Positions 43,480-53,835 are shown, counted from the first letter of the stretch. The stretch is 64,000 bases of DNA from Candidatus Marinacidobacterales bacterium (GCA_965224085.1 CBDCYI010000005.1:768001-832000), one strand, 5' to 3'. Notes: generated from the letters alone by a model not told the origin. Made by a program: numbers and translations.

Positions 43480-45210
43480 CTATGGCTTGAGGATCGCATA
43501 AACCGGAAGACCCACCCCTTCGAATCGTTTTATGACCTCACGAGCCGGTGAGGCCTCCGGGTCCTCAGCTCGAAATTTGATTTTCACGTAATCGTCGAGA
43601 CGTGCGAGCACGTCCGGGTCTTCGAACGTAGTTTTGTCCATCGTGAGACAGTTCTTGCACCACGAGGCCCAGATGTCGACGAGCACCATTTTGTTCTCGG
43701 CCTTGGCCTGTTGCAACCCCCCTTCGAGGGAAGGCACCCAACCCGAGTCGATCTTCGCCTGAACGCTCTCCGCGACGGCCGCCCCATCCACCCAGCGCTG
43801 GCTCACGATGTCATAGCCTAGATATCCGTAGTAAGAAGCGAGGCCCAGGATCAAAACGCCGAAAGCTTGTTTGACCCGAACCATCCAAGCACCCGGCTTC
43901 GGAAGCAGTGAGATACCCGCACCCGCGATCGGCCACGGGATAGCCATGCCGATGCCGAGAAGAAACGGCAGCGCAAGGGCAGCGACTTGGCCTTTCGCAT
44001 AGAGGTCGCTCGAGAAGATGACGACTTGAATGACGACGGGCGCCACACAAGCGCCCGCGAGAAGTGCCGCGACCGCACCCATGCCGAACGCCACGAACAA
44101 CTTTCCCGTGCCGGCGGAAAACTGGACCTTGGATTGAAAGCTCGAGAAATCGATTGTGATGACGTCGAACATAGCGAGCGCGAGCACCACGAAAAGGACG
44201 GCAATCCCAAAGTTGAACCATGGGGACGCATTGATCGTTCCAAAAGTTCCGGCAGTGAGGATGACGACGAGCCCGAGAGCGCCGTAGACAATGGCCATTG
44301 CCAAGCCATAGGCGCCGCCAAGCGCAAAACCGCGCGCTTTGCTGCCCGCGCGAGCGCCGGCCCCGATGATCCCGAGATTGATGGGGATCATGGGAAGGAC
44401 GCAGGGTGTCAAGTTGAGCGCGAGCCCACCGAAAAGCACGATGGTGACGATGGCGAGAGGCCCCCTGGCTTCGAACCATCCTTTCCGAGTGCGGCCCGCC
44501 TCGGCGTCATCGATGAACTCGATAAACGCATCCTTCCCGAGAAACCCGCCGGTAGTGCCGGAAAGGGTGAACGCGTCGAGAAGCTCGTGTGTGTTTCGGT
44601 CGCCGCTCCCCGTCGCAGCGACCACTTCATTCAAGTCGAGCGCAGGCAGTTCCTCTAGCATCTCGACAGGGCTCGTCTTCGAAAAGTCGATCGCATCGAA
44701 GACGCTCGCGTATTGGGGCGCGGCCAGCTCGTCCGGCGAAGAAACGCGAAGCGCAATCTCAACGGGTCGCTTATCCGGCCGATAGCAGACGTTGTCGTCG
44801 CAAGCTTGGTAGTTGAGCTGGCCCAAGAGCGCGTGGTCGCCGGGCGACACGCTCGCATCGATCGACATCAACACTCCGATCGCAAACTCTTTTTCGAACA
44901 CCGCAAGCGGCGTCTCGGATCCGCCAGTGACGAGGTGAAAGGCTTCAGGATAGGCGAGCGAATCGACGCTCACACCCTCGAGCGGTGCGAATTGCAGCGA
45001 AGTCGGGATGAGGTACTTCTCGAGCGGCTCGTTCGAGTTCACGTGAAAGCCGTCCTGCAACCGAACCTGAACCGCAGCCCGAACCGACTGTCCGGGATGA
45101 AGAACATCCGCCTCAACCACCGGCATCACATCCACTTGAATACGCCCCGGCTGCCCCCAGACACTCCCCGTCCACAGGACCAACAAAACCGCGCCCAACA
45201 CTTTCCGCAT
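43480..45210 (-). CDS. dsbD: protein-disulfide reductase DsbD family
   Basis: N-domain YQACDDNVC, TM domain LTPCVLP / ACVAP, thioredoxin WCKNC. Confidence 0.88.
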   Translation of the reverse strand: MRKVLGAVLLVLWTGSVWGQPGRIQVDVMPVVEADVLHPGQSVRAAVQVRLQDGFHVNSNEPLEKYLIPTSLQFAPLEGVSVDSLAYPEAFHLVTGGSETPLAVFEKEFAIGVLMSIDASVSPGDHALLGQLNYQACDDNVCYRPDKRPVEIALRVSSPDELAAPQYASVFDAIDFSKTSPVEMLEELPALDLNEVVAATGSGDRNTHELLDAFTLSGTTGGFLGKDAFIEFIDDAEAGRTRKGWFEARGPLAIVTIVLFGGLALNLTPCVLPMIPINLGIIGAGARAGSKARGFALGGAYGLAMAIVYGALGLVVILTAGTFGTINASPWFNFGIAVLFVVLALAMFDVITIDFSSFQSKVQFSAGTGKLFVAFGMGAVAALLAGACVAPVVIQVVIFSSDLYAKGQVAALALPFLLGIGMAIPWPIAGAGISLLPKPGAWMVRVKQAFGVLILGLASYYGYLGYDIVSQRWVDGAAVAESVQAKIDSGWVPSLEGGLQQAKAENKMVLVDIWASWCKNCLTMDKTTFEDPDVLARLDDYVKIKFRAEDPEASPAREVIKRFEGVGLPVYAILKP

Positions 45211-45367
45211 AACACTTCATTTTACTCCAAGCGCATGTGGCCCGCTGTGAAGATCCGCATTCCGGGTCTGCTGCCTGCTCCCTGCTACCGCATGTTTTTC
45301 GCCCCTGCTACCCGTCCGGTGGAGGAAGCTGCAGCGAAACACGGACCTGTGATATCTTCCGCCGCTC

Positions 45368-45853
45368 ATGCGGTTCGCCGTCACCATCGTTCTTGGGATT
45401 CTGGCGCTCTCCGTTAGCAGCTGTGGCGGGGATGCGGGCGCATCGCCAACTCAGCCGATCGCGTTTCCTCACAAGCTTCATGCGGACAACCAAATCGATT
45501 GCGCGTTTTGTCACGAGTTCTACGATCGACAGGCCGCGGCCGGTATCCCGCGAACCGAGCTCTGCGGCGCGTGCCACATGGCAATGCCTCAGGAAAGCGA
45601 GGCCACTCAGAAGCTCATGGAATATGTGGATGCCGAGGCGCCCATCCCGTGGGTCCGTCTTTACAAGCTTCCGCAATTCACCTATTTCCCTCATAAATGG
45701 CACGTACGGGCCGGGCTCAGCTGCGAGACGTGCCACTCGGATATCGGACAAAGCATGACAGCAGTCCGCCACCAGGTCCTCGAGATGGAGTGGTGCATCG
45801 AGTGTCACGAGCAGGAACAGGTTTCGGTGGACTGTGTTGTCTGCCACAAGTAG
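45368..45853 (+). CDS. pentaheme cytochrome c (ActA/QrcA-like)
   Basis: Five CxxCH motifs (CAFCH, CGACH, CETCH, CIECH, CVVCH); QPIAFPH. Confidence 0.9.
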   Translation: MRFAVTIVLGILALSVSSCGGDAGASPTQPIAFPHKLHADNQIDCAFCHEFYDRQAAAGIPRTELCGACHMAMPQESEATQKLMEYVDAEAPIPWVRLYKLPQFTYFPHKWHVRAGLSCETCHSDIGQSMTAVRHQVLEMEWCIECHEQEQVSVDCVVCHK

Positions 45854-45857
45854 ACCG

Positions 45858-47864
45858 ATGGATCGACGCGAATTTCTCAAAGGCAGCGTATTTGCCGCGA
45901 CCGCCGGGCTCGCTCTCGACGCATGCACCCCCGATTCTTCCCAGCTCATCCCGATTCTGATCCCGGAAGAGCCTTTCATCCCCGGTGAGGAGATTTGGAC
46001 GCGGTCGACTTGCTTCGAATGCAAGTCGGCTTGCGGCATCGAAGTTCGCAAAATCGACGGGCGGCTCGTCAAAGTCGAAGGCAATCCCGAACAACCGATG
46101 AGCCGGGGCGGGCTTTGCCCGCGCGGCCAGGCGGCGCCCCAAGCAATGTACCACCCGGATCGCATCCGCACGCCTATGGCGAAGCAAGCTGACGGCTCCT
46201 TCGACGAGCTGACGTGGGACGAGGCGCTCGAGCGCGTGGCTACCGCACTCGGCAGTTCCGATCGCACCGCTTTTGCCTTTCTCACTGGCACCCTCACGGG
46301 ACATCGGCGCACGATCGTCGAGCGATTCTTGAAGGCGTTCGGATCCTCGGACCATATCCTTCACGAACCCTTCTCGACCGCGACGCTCGAGCGTGCGGGC
46401 ACGCTTGCGACCGGCCACCACCGGCTCGCAGATCCTGATCTAGAGAACGCAGGCTACGTCGTATCTTTCGGCGCAGAGATATTGGAAGCAGATGTGTCGC
46501 CGGTGCGTTTTCACCGCGGGCTGGCCGAGCTGCGGCAGGGCCGTCCCGGACGCCGCGGCAAGTTCGTGATGGTGGGCCCACGCCTGTCCCTGACCGCGGC
46601 CAACGCGGACGAGTGGATCCCGGCGCGTGCCGGCGAAGCGATCGAGCTCGCTCTAGCCATCGCGCATGTGTTGATCCGGGATGGCCGGAAGGCCCCGTCG
46701 GGATCCGAGGGTTTCGAAGCATTCCGCACCCTCCTCGAGGAGGTCGAGCCGAGCGCAACCGCAGAGCGATTGGCGCAAGAGATGGCCGAGCACGGCCCAA
46801 CGATTTGCCTCACAGGAGGCTCGGCGGTGCGGTCGGGAGCAGGACTGGCCCTCGCTCTAGCGGTGTCCCACTTGAACGCGCTCTCAGGCGCGAACATAAA
46901 GCCAGCCGAAGCGCCACCTTTCGCTCCGTGGGCCGCGATCGAGGGACCCGAGATCAAGAAGCGTGCTCTGACCGAAGCGCTCGGCTCCGAGCCTCCGAAC
47001 GTTCTTTTCATCGCGGACACGAACCCGCTCTACAGCCTACCAGCCGCGTTCGAGGCCGAAACCTGGCTCTCCTCCGTCTCGCTCCGGGTGAGCTTTAGCG
47101 CGTTCATGGACGAGACGACCGCAGCAGCCGACCTCGTGCTCCCAGAGTCCATGTCGTTCGAGCGTTTCGAGGACGCCGTCCCCGACGGCGCTCCTGTTCC
47201 CATGGCCGCCCTCTCACAGCCGCTTCTCGTACGTACACTTTACGACACGCGGTCGATGCCGGATGCGCTACTCGCTATCGCAAAGAGCTCGGGTCGAGCT
47301 GACGCGTTTCCGTGGAGCTCCTACGAGGCGGCGCTTCGCGAAGCTTGGGCCGGCCTCGACACTTCCTGGAGCGATGCACTCGCTCGCGGAGGGTTTTGGA
47401 GCGCGAAAAGGGCGGGCGAGCCCGGACGCTACCGCTTCGACATCGCGGCTATCGCTGAGCGGTCTCCCCCGTCACCAGGGCTCGAGCTCCACGTCTACGC
47501 GTCGAATGCTCTAGGTGACGGGCGGAGCGCCCATCTCCCCTTTCTTCAAGAGCTGTCGGATCCGATCACAGGCATCCGTTGGGGGAGCGTGGTCGAGATC
47601 AACGCGGATCGGGCCGACGAGTTCGGTATAGGGAGCGGAGACCTCCTCGAGCTCCGATCCGAATCGGGAGCCATCGAGGCGCCCGCACACGTCACGCCAG
47701 GTCTTCATCCCGAAATCGTCGCGATCGCCGCCGGGCAAGGCCACACCAGCTACGGCCGCTACAGCGAAGGGCGCGGCGTGAATGCCCTCGCACTACTGGA
47801 CCCTGCATCGGATGCGGATGGGGCGCTGCTCGCGGGGACAAAAGTTACGGTACGCAAGCTATGA
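45858..47864 (+). CDS. molybdopterin-oxidoreductase-family subunit (QrcB/ActB1-like), Tat signal
   Basis: MDRREFLK Tat motif; CFECKSAC...LCPRG Fe-S motif; YHPDR, DETT..ADLVLP. Confidence 0.88.
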   Translation: MDRREFLKGSVFAATAGLALDACTPDSSQLIPILIPEEPFIPGEEIWTRSTCFECKSACGIEVRKIDGRLVKVEGNPEQPMSRGGLCPRGQAAPQAMYHPDRIRTPMAKQADGSFDELTWDEALERVATALGSSDRTAFAFLTGTLTGHRRTIVERFLKAFGSSDHILHEPFSTATLERAGTLATGHHRLADPDLENAGYVVSFGAEILEADVSPVRFHRGLAELRQGRPGRRGKFVMVGPRLSLTAANADEWIPARAGEAIELALAIAHVLIRDGRKAPSGSEGFEAFRTLLEEVEPSATAERLAQEMAEHGPTICLTGGSAVRSGAGLALALAVSHLNALSGANIKPAEAPPFAPWAAIEGPEIKKRALTEALGSEPPNVLFIADTNPLYSLPAAFEAETWLSSVSLRVSFSAFMDETTAAADLVLPESMSFERFEDAVPDGAPVPMAALSQPLLVRTLYDTRSMPDALLAIAKSSGRADAFPWSSYEAALREAWAGLDTSWSDALARGGFWSAKRAGEPGRYRFDIAAIAERSPPSPGLELHVYASNALGDGRSAHLPFLQELSDPITGIRWGSVVEINADRADEFGIGSGDLLELRSESGAIEAPAHVTPGLHPEIVAIAAGQGHTSYGRYSEGRGVNALALLDPASDADGALLAGTKVTVRKL

Positions 47865-48577
47865 CCGAATGGGGCATGGCCATCGACGTCGACCGCTGCA
47901 CCGGTTGCGAAGCGTGCGTTGTTGCGTGTCGCGGTGAGAACAACGTTTCTTTTGCGGGGCCGGTCGAATCTTCGCGCGGCCGTACGACCGAATGGCTCCG
48001 CATCGAACGATTCATCGAAGGCGCCTTTCCTGACGTCAGGATGCGGTTCAAACCCGTCCTCTGCGTTCAGTGCGACAACGCGCCTTGCGTCAAAGTGTGC
48101 CCCGTATCGGCGACCTACGAAACGCCCCAAGGTCTGAACGCGCAAATCCACCCGCGTTGCATCGGCACCCGGGCTTGCGCGCATGCTTGTCCCTACACCG
48201 TCCGTTTTTTCAATTGGTCCGAGCCGAGCTGGGAAGCACCGCTCGAGCAGACCATCAATCCTGACGTCGCCGTACGCTGGAAAGGCATCATGGAGAAATG
48301 CACGTTCTGCGTGCAGCGCATACGGCGCGCCGAGGACGCAGCCAAGGAGGAAGAGCGGTCGGTCAGGGACGGCGAAGTCGATCCCGCGTGCGCTCAATCC
48401 TGCCCGACCCGCGCCATCACGTTCGGGGATCTCGAAGATCCGGATTCGGTCGTAGCACAGCTGTTCAAGAGCCCGCGCGCAGAGCTTCCGCTCGCCGATT
48501 TGGGTACGGGCCCGCGCGTCGCCTATTTGAAGGAAGGAGAGTGGCGTGGAAGCGTCCGAGCGCGATCGCAAGATTGA
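47861..48577 (+). CDS. 4Fe-4S dicluster subunit (QrcC/ActB2/NrfC-like)
   Basis: CTGCEACVVAC, CVQCDNAPC, CIGTRAC..AC, EKCTFC. Confidence 0.92.
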   Translation: MTEWGMAIDVDRCTGCEACVVACRGENNVSFAGPVESSRGRTTEWLRIERFIEGAFPDVRMRFKPVLCVQCDNAPCVKVCPVSATYETPQGLNAQIHPRCIGTRACAHACPYTVRFFNWSEPSWEAPLEQTINPDVAVRWKGIMEKCTFCVQRIRRAEDAAKEEERSVRDGEVDPACAQSCPTRAITFGDLEDPDSVVAQLFKSPRAELPLADLGTGPRVAYLKEGEWRGSVRARSQD

Positions 48578-49868
48578 GGACTCGCTTCTCCGTCACGTCT
48601 TCGAAACGGGGAGAGGCTTCTATCTCGTCGTCTTCGCCCTTTTGACGGTCATTGCCTTCGGTGGGCTCGCGTGGATGGGACAGCTCCGCGGCGGTCTCGG
48701 CGTCGCCGGCATGAACCAGCCCGTTTATTGGGGCCTCTACATCACGAACTACATCTTCTTCATCGGCATCAGCCACGCAGGTACGCTCATCTCCGCGATA
48801 CTGAGGCTCACCGGCGCCGAGTGGCGCCGTCCTATAACAAGGGTGGCCGAAGTCATCACCGTAGTCGCGCTCATCATGGGCTCGAGCAATATCCTCTGGC
48901 ATCTTGGACGGCCCGAGCTGATCTACTTACCGATGATCGAGCCACAGTTCTTGTCACCATTGATTTGGGACGTCGGTGCGATCTCGCTCTACATCACCGG
49001 CAGCATCGTGTATCTGTATCTGCCGCTCATCCCGGACCTCGCATTGCTGCGCGATCGGAGTCCACGATTGCGTGGGCTCTACAAGGTTTTAGCACTCGGA
49101 TGGACCGGCACCGAACGCCAACATGCGCGTCTCGAAAAGGCGATTTCTATGATGGCCGTCGCCATCATCCCGATCGCTGTGTCGGTGCACACCGTCGTGT
49201 CCTGGACTCTCGCGATGATGCTCGTTCCGATGTGGCACACCGCGATCTTCGGGCCGTACTTCGTCGTCGGTGCCATCTTCAGTGGCATTGCTGCTCTTAT
49301 GATCGCAATGGCTATCCTTCGCAAAGTCTTTCATCTCGAGAGATTTATTGGGGCCCTTCAATTCAACAACTTGAGCCTCCTCCTCGTCACGATGAGTTGT
49401 CTCTGGGCTTACTTCACGCTTGCCGAGCACCTCACAGCCTGGTATGGACACGAGCATGCCGAGATGGCGGTCTTGTCGAGCCGCCTCACAGGCGCGTTCG
49501 CACCTTATTTCTGGGGAATGGTGATCGCGTGTTTCGTCATGCCGCTCGCTATACTCGGGCCGAGCAAAACCCGGACGATTACAGGCTCCGTCGTGGCGTC
49601 GACATTCGTTTTGACCGGTATGTGGCTCGAGCGGTTCATCATCGTCATCAGCTCGGCCGGACGTCCTCGCTCGGAGCAGATGTGGGACGCCGGCACGTAT
49701 AGCCCATCGACGGTCGAGATCGCGATAACGGCGGCCGAGTTCGCCGCTTTTATCCTTTTCTACGTCGTCTTCGCCAAGCTCTTTCCGCTCGTCTCCATCT
49801 GGGAAGTGAAGGAGGCGCCCGACGGGACTTCCGATGTCGGAGCAAGCTCGGGAGGTGTCTTGGTATAA
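48546..49868 (+). CDS. NrfD/PsrC-family membrane subunit (ActC/QrcD-like)
   Basis: WGLYITNYIFFIGISHAGTLISAIL, SVHTVVSW, GPYFVVGAIFSG. Confidence 0.92.
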   Translation: MEASERDRKIEDSLLRHVFETGRGFYLVVFALLTVIAFGGLAWMGQLRGGLGVAGMNQPVYWGLYITNYIFFIGISHAGTLISAILRLTGAEWRRPITRVAEVITVVALIMGSSNILWHLGRPELIYLPMIEPQFLSPLIWDVGAISLYITGSIVYLYLPLIPDLALLRDRSPRLRGLYKVLALGWTGTERQHARLEKAISMMAVAIIPIAVSVHTVVSWTLAMMLVPMWHTAIFGPYFVVGAIFSGIAALMIAMAILRKVFHLERFIGALQFNNLSLLLVTMSCLWAYFTLAEHLTAWYGHEHAEMAVLSSRLTGAFAPYFWGMVIACFVMPLAILGPSKTRTITGSVVASTFVLTGMWLERFIIVISSAGRPRSEQMWDAGTYSPSTVEIAITAAEFAAFILFYVVFAKLFPLVSIWEVKEAPDGTSDVGASSGGVLV

Positions 49869-49896
49869 TGACGTTGTTGAAGGAGGCGAGAAACGG

Positions 49897-50292
49897 ATGC
49901 GCAACGTTCTGTTCACGGTTCTGCTGGCAAGCACCTGCGGCCTCGGGCTCGCAGTAGCGCAAGAAATCTGGGAAGTCCCCGACGAGGCCAAGGCCGTCGA
50001 GAACCCGGTCGAGGCGACGGCGGAAGCCGTCACCGCCGGTTCTGAGCTTTTCAAGACGCACTGCACGATGTGTCACGGCGAGACCGGAAAAGGTGACGGG
50101 CCCGCAACCCAGTTCATCAAACCCACCCCAGCGGACATCTCGACCGCCGAGGCGAAAGAGCGGATGTCGGACGGAGAGATCTTTTACAAGATCACGACCG
50201 GCAAGAGCCCCATGCCCTCCATGACACGGAAGATGAACGAGACCGAGCGCTGGCAAGTCGTGCTGTTCGTTCGGACGCTCCAACCAGAGTAG
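49897..50292 (+). CDS. monoheme cytochrome c
   Basis: Signal peptide, CTMCH, MP axial Met; AGGAGG upstream. Confidence 0.9.
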   Translation: MRNVLFTVLLASTCGLGLAVAQEIWEVPDEAKAVENPVEATAEAVTAGSELFKTHCTMCHGETGKGDGPATQFIKPTPADISTAEAKERMSDGEIFYKITTGKSPMPSMTRKMNETERWQVVLFVRTLQPE

Positions 50293-50299
50293 CGTTTTT

Positions 50300-50896
50300 A
50301 TGGGCGGAAGGTGGGCATTCCTGATCCTTGCCTCGGTGGCCGCGCTCGGGTGTCAGGAGTCGGTCGCAGAGTCCGACTCGAGCGAGCCCGGCGAGCCCAG
50401 CGAGCCCGGCGAGCCCGGCGAGCCCAGCGAGCCCGGCGAGCCCAGCGAGCCCCGCAATCATGCCGCACCCGATCTCGTTCTGAGCAAGATCGATGGCAGC
50501 GGCACCGTCTCGCTCGTCGAGAACCGAGGCAAAGTCGTCCTCGTGGATCTGTGGGCCACCTGGTGCGTTCCGTGCATCGCGGAGCTCCCGCATCTCGAGG
50601 AGTTGTCCCAAACTTTTGGGGAAGACGATTTCTTGATGCTCGGGATCGTGCTCGAATCGGGCGAGCGCGAAGATGTCATGGAGTTCGTCGCGAAGCACAA
50701 CGTCACTTATACACAGGTCATGGGCGAACAGGACACAAGCGAAGCCTTCGGACCCTTTCTCGCCTACCCCACGAAGTACTTGATTGACCGTCGAGGTAAC
50801 GTCGTCAAACGTTACATCGGCAACGTGGGTAAAGAGCTCTCGGTTGACGTTCAGACCCTCATCGAGAACGGCGTTCTCGATGACGCCGACAACTGA
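50300..50896 (+). CDS. TlpA/ResA thiol-disulfide oxidoreductase lipoprotein
   Basis: Lipobox ALGC; WATWCVPC; YPT. Confidence 0.9.
   Translation: MGGRWAFLILASVAALGCQESVAESDSSEPGEPSEPGEPGEPSEPGEPSEPRNHAAPDLVLSKIDGSGTVSLVENRGKVVLVDLWATWCVPCIAELPHLEELSQTFGEDDFLMLGIVLESGEREDVMEFVAKHNVTYTQVMGEQDTSEAFGPFLAYPTKYLIDRRGNVVKRYIGNVGKELSVDVQTLIENGVLDDADN
50381..50452 (+). repeat. coding tandem repeat, 8 x 9 bp (RGCGAGCCC; S/G-E-P linker)
   Basis: Direct reading of the sequence. Confidence 0.92.
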
Positions 50897-51056
50897 CCCG
50901 CTGGCACTTCCCTCGTTTGCAGGGTATATTTTTAAGTTAGGCCATCCACGATCGTCGATGGTGTCGTCGTCCTAATTTTGAAAAAATCCTAGTTCGAAGG
51001 CCTAACCTTCCGGAGCGCGGCCAATTCGCGCGAGTAAAGTCGAGGAGCTTATCAAC

Positions 51057-51407
51057 GTGGTAAACGAAGAGACGATCCTGGCGGCCAAAACGAGCTTCAA
51101 TGGCAAGCTCGATGGCGCCAATATTACCCTTCAAGGTGAATTCCGTGGCGATCTCAAGGCAACTGGAATCGTGCGCATCCTCGAAGGCTCGGACGTAAAC
51201 GCCAAAGTCGAAGCCAACGCCGTCGAGATCGGCGGCCGCTTCCGAGGCAACGTGCTCACAGAGTCGCTGCGGCTTCTCGGTCCAGCGCGAGCGACGGGCA
51301 CTTTTCGCGCGAAGAAGTTGACTGTCGAGGAGGGCGGCCAGCTCGACGGGGATTTCGAAATCGGTGAAGGCCCACCGCAGCGCTTAGCGCAGAAGGCACC
51401 CGTCTGA
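51057..51407 (+). CDS. bactofilin (polymer-forming cytoskeletal protein)
   Basis: Beta-helix repeats G.F.G.L, L.VEEGG.L.G. Confidence 0.82.
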   Translation: MVNEETILAAKTSFNGKLDGANITLQGEFRGDLKATGIVRILEGSDVNAKVEANAVEIGGRFRGNVLTESLRLLGPARATGTFRAKKLTVEEGGQLDGDFEIGEGPPQRLAQKAPV

Positions 51408-51440
51408 CGGGACAGGACCGCAATAAGGGACCTCGATCGA

Positions 51441-51839
51441 GTGTCAAAAACCAAAAAAAAGAAGAAAAAGGCGGCCACAAGAAAACGCGCCGCGGCGAAG
51501 CCCAAAGACAACTCCACCGAGATTGTCTTCTCTCACGGAGAGATCGATTTTCTGCGTAAGATCACTGGGAAGGATGCCGACGGCTCGACACCCAAGAACC
51601 GGCGCGCGCGTCTTTCGCTTCGCGACAAGCTTCTCGAGATCAATTTCGGCGCCCCCGAGGCCGGCGGCGGGCTCATCGTCCTAGAGCTCGTCCGGCCCGA
51701 AGTCGAGTTCCTCCAGCGGACGACGAAAGAAGTCTACAGCTTTATCACAGCGGAGGAGCGTCGCGCGCGGCTCATCCTCCGCGAAAAAATCCTCATCGCC
51801 GTTGAGAAAGTGACGGGCAGGAAGATCATTCCAGAGTAG
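51441..51839 (+). CDS. hypothetical protein
   Basis: Lys-rich N-terminus and an internal duplication (EIDFL...RARLSLRDKL / EVEFL...RARLILREKI). Confidence 0.6.
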   Translation: MSKTKKKKKKAATRKRAAAKPKDNSTEIVFSHGEIDFLRKITGKDADGSTPKNRRARLSLRDKLLEINFGAPEAGGGLIVLELVRPEVEFLQRTTKEVYSFITAEERRARLILREKILIAVEKVTGRKIIPE

Positions 51840-51873
51840 CCCGCCTACGCCGTTTGAGCGTCCGACGGACGGT

Positions 51874-52345
51874 CTAGCGAGAGCGTTCGGTAAACCGGCA
51901 GCAGTCAGGCTCGTAATCGAACGTAACGGAGGTGGCGTCGTCGCTTTCCGCCTTCAGGACTTCGAGCTCGACCGCGCCCGCCGCCGACCCGCGAAAGATG
52001 GCCGCGAGGTCCACGTCACGAGACGAGAGCAAGGTCGAGTCGGTCGTGGCGGCAAGAATCAACACATCGAGCGAGTCTGCGAGCGTTTTCAGCTGGGAGA
52101 CAACAGCCTGAGACGACCGGCCGCCGCGCGCGACTTTGTCGAGTGAGTCGATCACCACGATGCAGCTTTCGTCGCCGCTATCCGCGAGCAGCTTCTCCAC
52201 GAGCTCTCCGGCAAACACGAGGTCCAGCTCTCCATCCACCTCGTAAACGAATACCTGCTTGAGCCAATCCGCGGCCCGGCGACCCTCCGCGTCGAGCCGC
52301 TGCCACTCGAGGGAGTCCTTCTTGAGCCGACCCCGCTCGAGGTTG
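51874..52345 (-). pseudogene. DnaB/KaiC-like RecA-fold ATPase C-terminal fragment
   Basis: IVVIDSL (Walker B-like), LKTLADSLDVLIL; no N-terminus or Walker A. Confidence 0.5.
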
Positions 52346-52636
52346 CTCGTAGCTCTCCGGATCGATATAGACGTTGTGAAACTCGGGAAAGGGTGCTTCG
52401 GGCGGGTTCAGTTCGTTGGGCGTCAACGGCGTCCCGACATAAATCCACTCTCGATACCCGGTCGGCCGTATCAAACGGCCCTGATCATCGTACTGGACGA
52501 TGGCACGTGACTGGGCCGTGCTCGCCGCGAAAAGCGCCTCTGGACGCGAGTCGATGAAGCCAACGAAAGCCACCGCGACGAGCATCCCGATGACGGCCAG
52601 CTTGACACCTCTTCTTGAGAAAACTTGGTCGTTCAT
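52346..52636 (-). pseudogene. cytochrome P460 family N-terminal fragment
   Basis: Signal peptide; GRLIRPTGYREWIYVG...FHNVYIDP; truncated before any CxxCH. Confidence 0.75.
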
Positions 52637-52999
52637 TTTTTTAGCTCCTTTGTCATGCAACGTGTGCGGCCGTCGAGGATGTTGCTCGTTCGGCCTGATC
52701 TTTCGTCGCGCGAGAAACGACTCGGTTACGTTGCAAGAAGTGTCAAGGGAGCGTCAGGAGACAAGAGTCGTCCGTCATGAAGGCACTTGAGAAGAAGCGG
52801 TGTAACGCTCGACGCCGAGGCGCGACTACTCCCGAGAGAGTCCGAAATGAAAACAAAGCCGTTCGTTGGCGTCGGAACCCGCTACAGGGTCGCCCCGGTC
52901 GAAGCCCCGAGGCTTCGCGAAATGAACTACCGGGAGCTGTCGCTTACACCGCAATCGCCCAGTGAGACCGGCGATTTCAAAGTCATAAGGAGACAGAGC

Positions 53000-53392
53000 A
53001 TGAACAAAACACTCTACGAGCGTCTTGGTGGCTACGACGGCATCTCTGCCGTAACCGCCGACTTGATGCAACGCATCAAAGCGGATTCGGAGCTGGGCCG
53101 CTTCTACCGATATCGAGGAGAGGACGGCATCGAACGTGAAGAGCAACTTCTCGTTGATTTTCTGTGCTACTGTGCCGGCGGTCCCATGTACTACACCGGA
53201 CGCGATATGAAGACTTTGCACAAAGGGATGAAACTCAGTGAAAGCGACTGGACGGTGTTGTTGCGGCACCTGAACGACACTCTAGAGGTTTTCGAGGTTC
53301 CTCGAGCTGAGCGTGACGACGTCGTCGCTTTCATACAAAGCACCAAATCAGAGATCGTCGAAATCCAGACGCCGACCGAGGCGACTCCTTGA
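53000..53392 (+). CDS. group 1 truncated hemoglobin
   Basis: TLYERLGG, GGP..YTGRDM...H.GM; AAGGAG RBS. Confidence 0.92.
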   Translation: MNKTLYERLGGYDGISAVTADLMQRIKADSELGRFYRYRGEDGIEREEQLLVDFLCYCAGGPMYYTGRDMKTLHKGMKLSESDWTVLLRHLNDTLEVFEVPRAERDDVVAFIQSTKSEIVEIQTPTEATP

Positions 53393-53835
53393 AACGCGAG
53401 AAGCTCAAATTCGTTACCGGAAGCGCCGTCATTCTCGCCGCTGTTCTCGTCCTCGCCATCGCCGGAATGGAGGAGAGTACGGCCTACTACCACACCGTGC
53501 TCGAGCTCAAAGAAATGGGCGCCAAAGCGGAGGGTCGCCGTGTGCGAGTGGCCGGCAACGTCGTCGCCGACTCTATCGAGCGACGCGACGAGGGCGAAGT
53601 GACTTTCGTTATCGACGGTGAAGACGAGACGCTTCTGGTTCACTACGTCGGTCGAGGCCCTCTGCCCGACACACTCGTGGACCGTGCGCAAGCAGTAGCG
53701 GAAGGCAAGCTCAGGCCTGACGGGACGTTCGAAGCGACGAACGTCCAGGCGAAATGCGCGTCCAAGTACGAAGCCAACTATGAAGGCGAGTTAGTGAGTG
53801 AGGCCGCTGGCGGGCTCTTGGGGGCCGCCTCCTGA
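53389..53835 (+). CDS. ccmE: cytochrome c maturation heme chaperone, CxxxY type
   Basis: YY.TV.E, RVRVAG.V, LPD, AKCASKY. Confidence 0.88.
   Translation: MKREKLKFVTGSAVILAAVLVLAIAGMEESTAYYHTVLELKEMGAKAEGRRVRVAGNVVADSIERRDEGEVTFVIDGEDETLLVHYVGRGPLPDTLVDRAQAVAEGKLRPDGTFEATNVQAKCASKYEANYEGELVSEAAGGLLGAAS

Noticed and set aside
50381-50452. CRISPR-like array
   Set aside because: 9-bp units without spacers, inside a CDS; no cas genes
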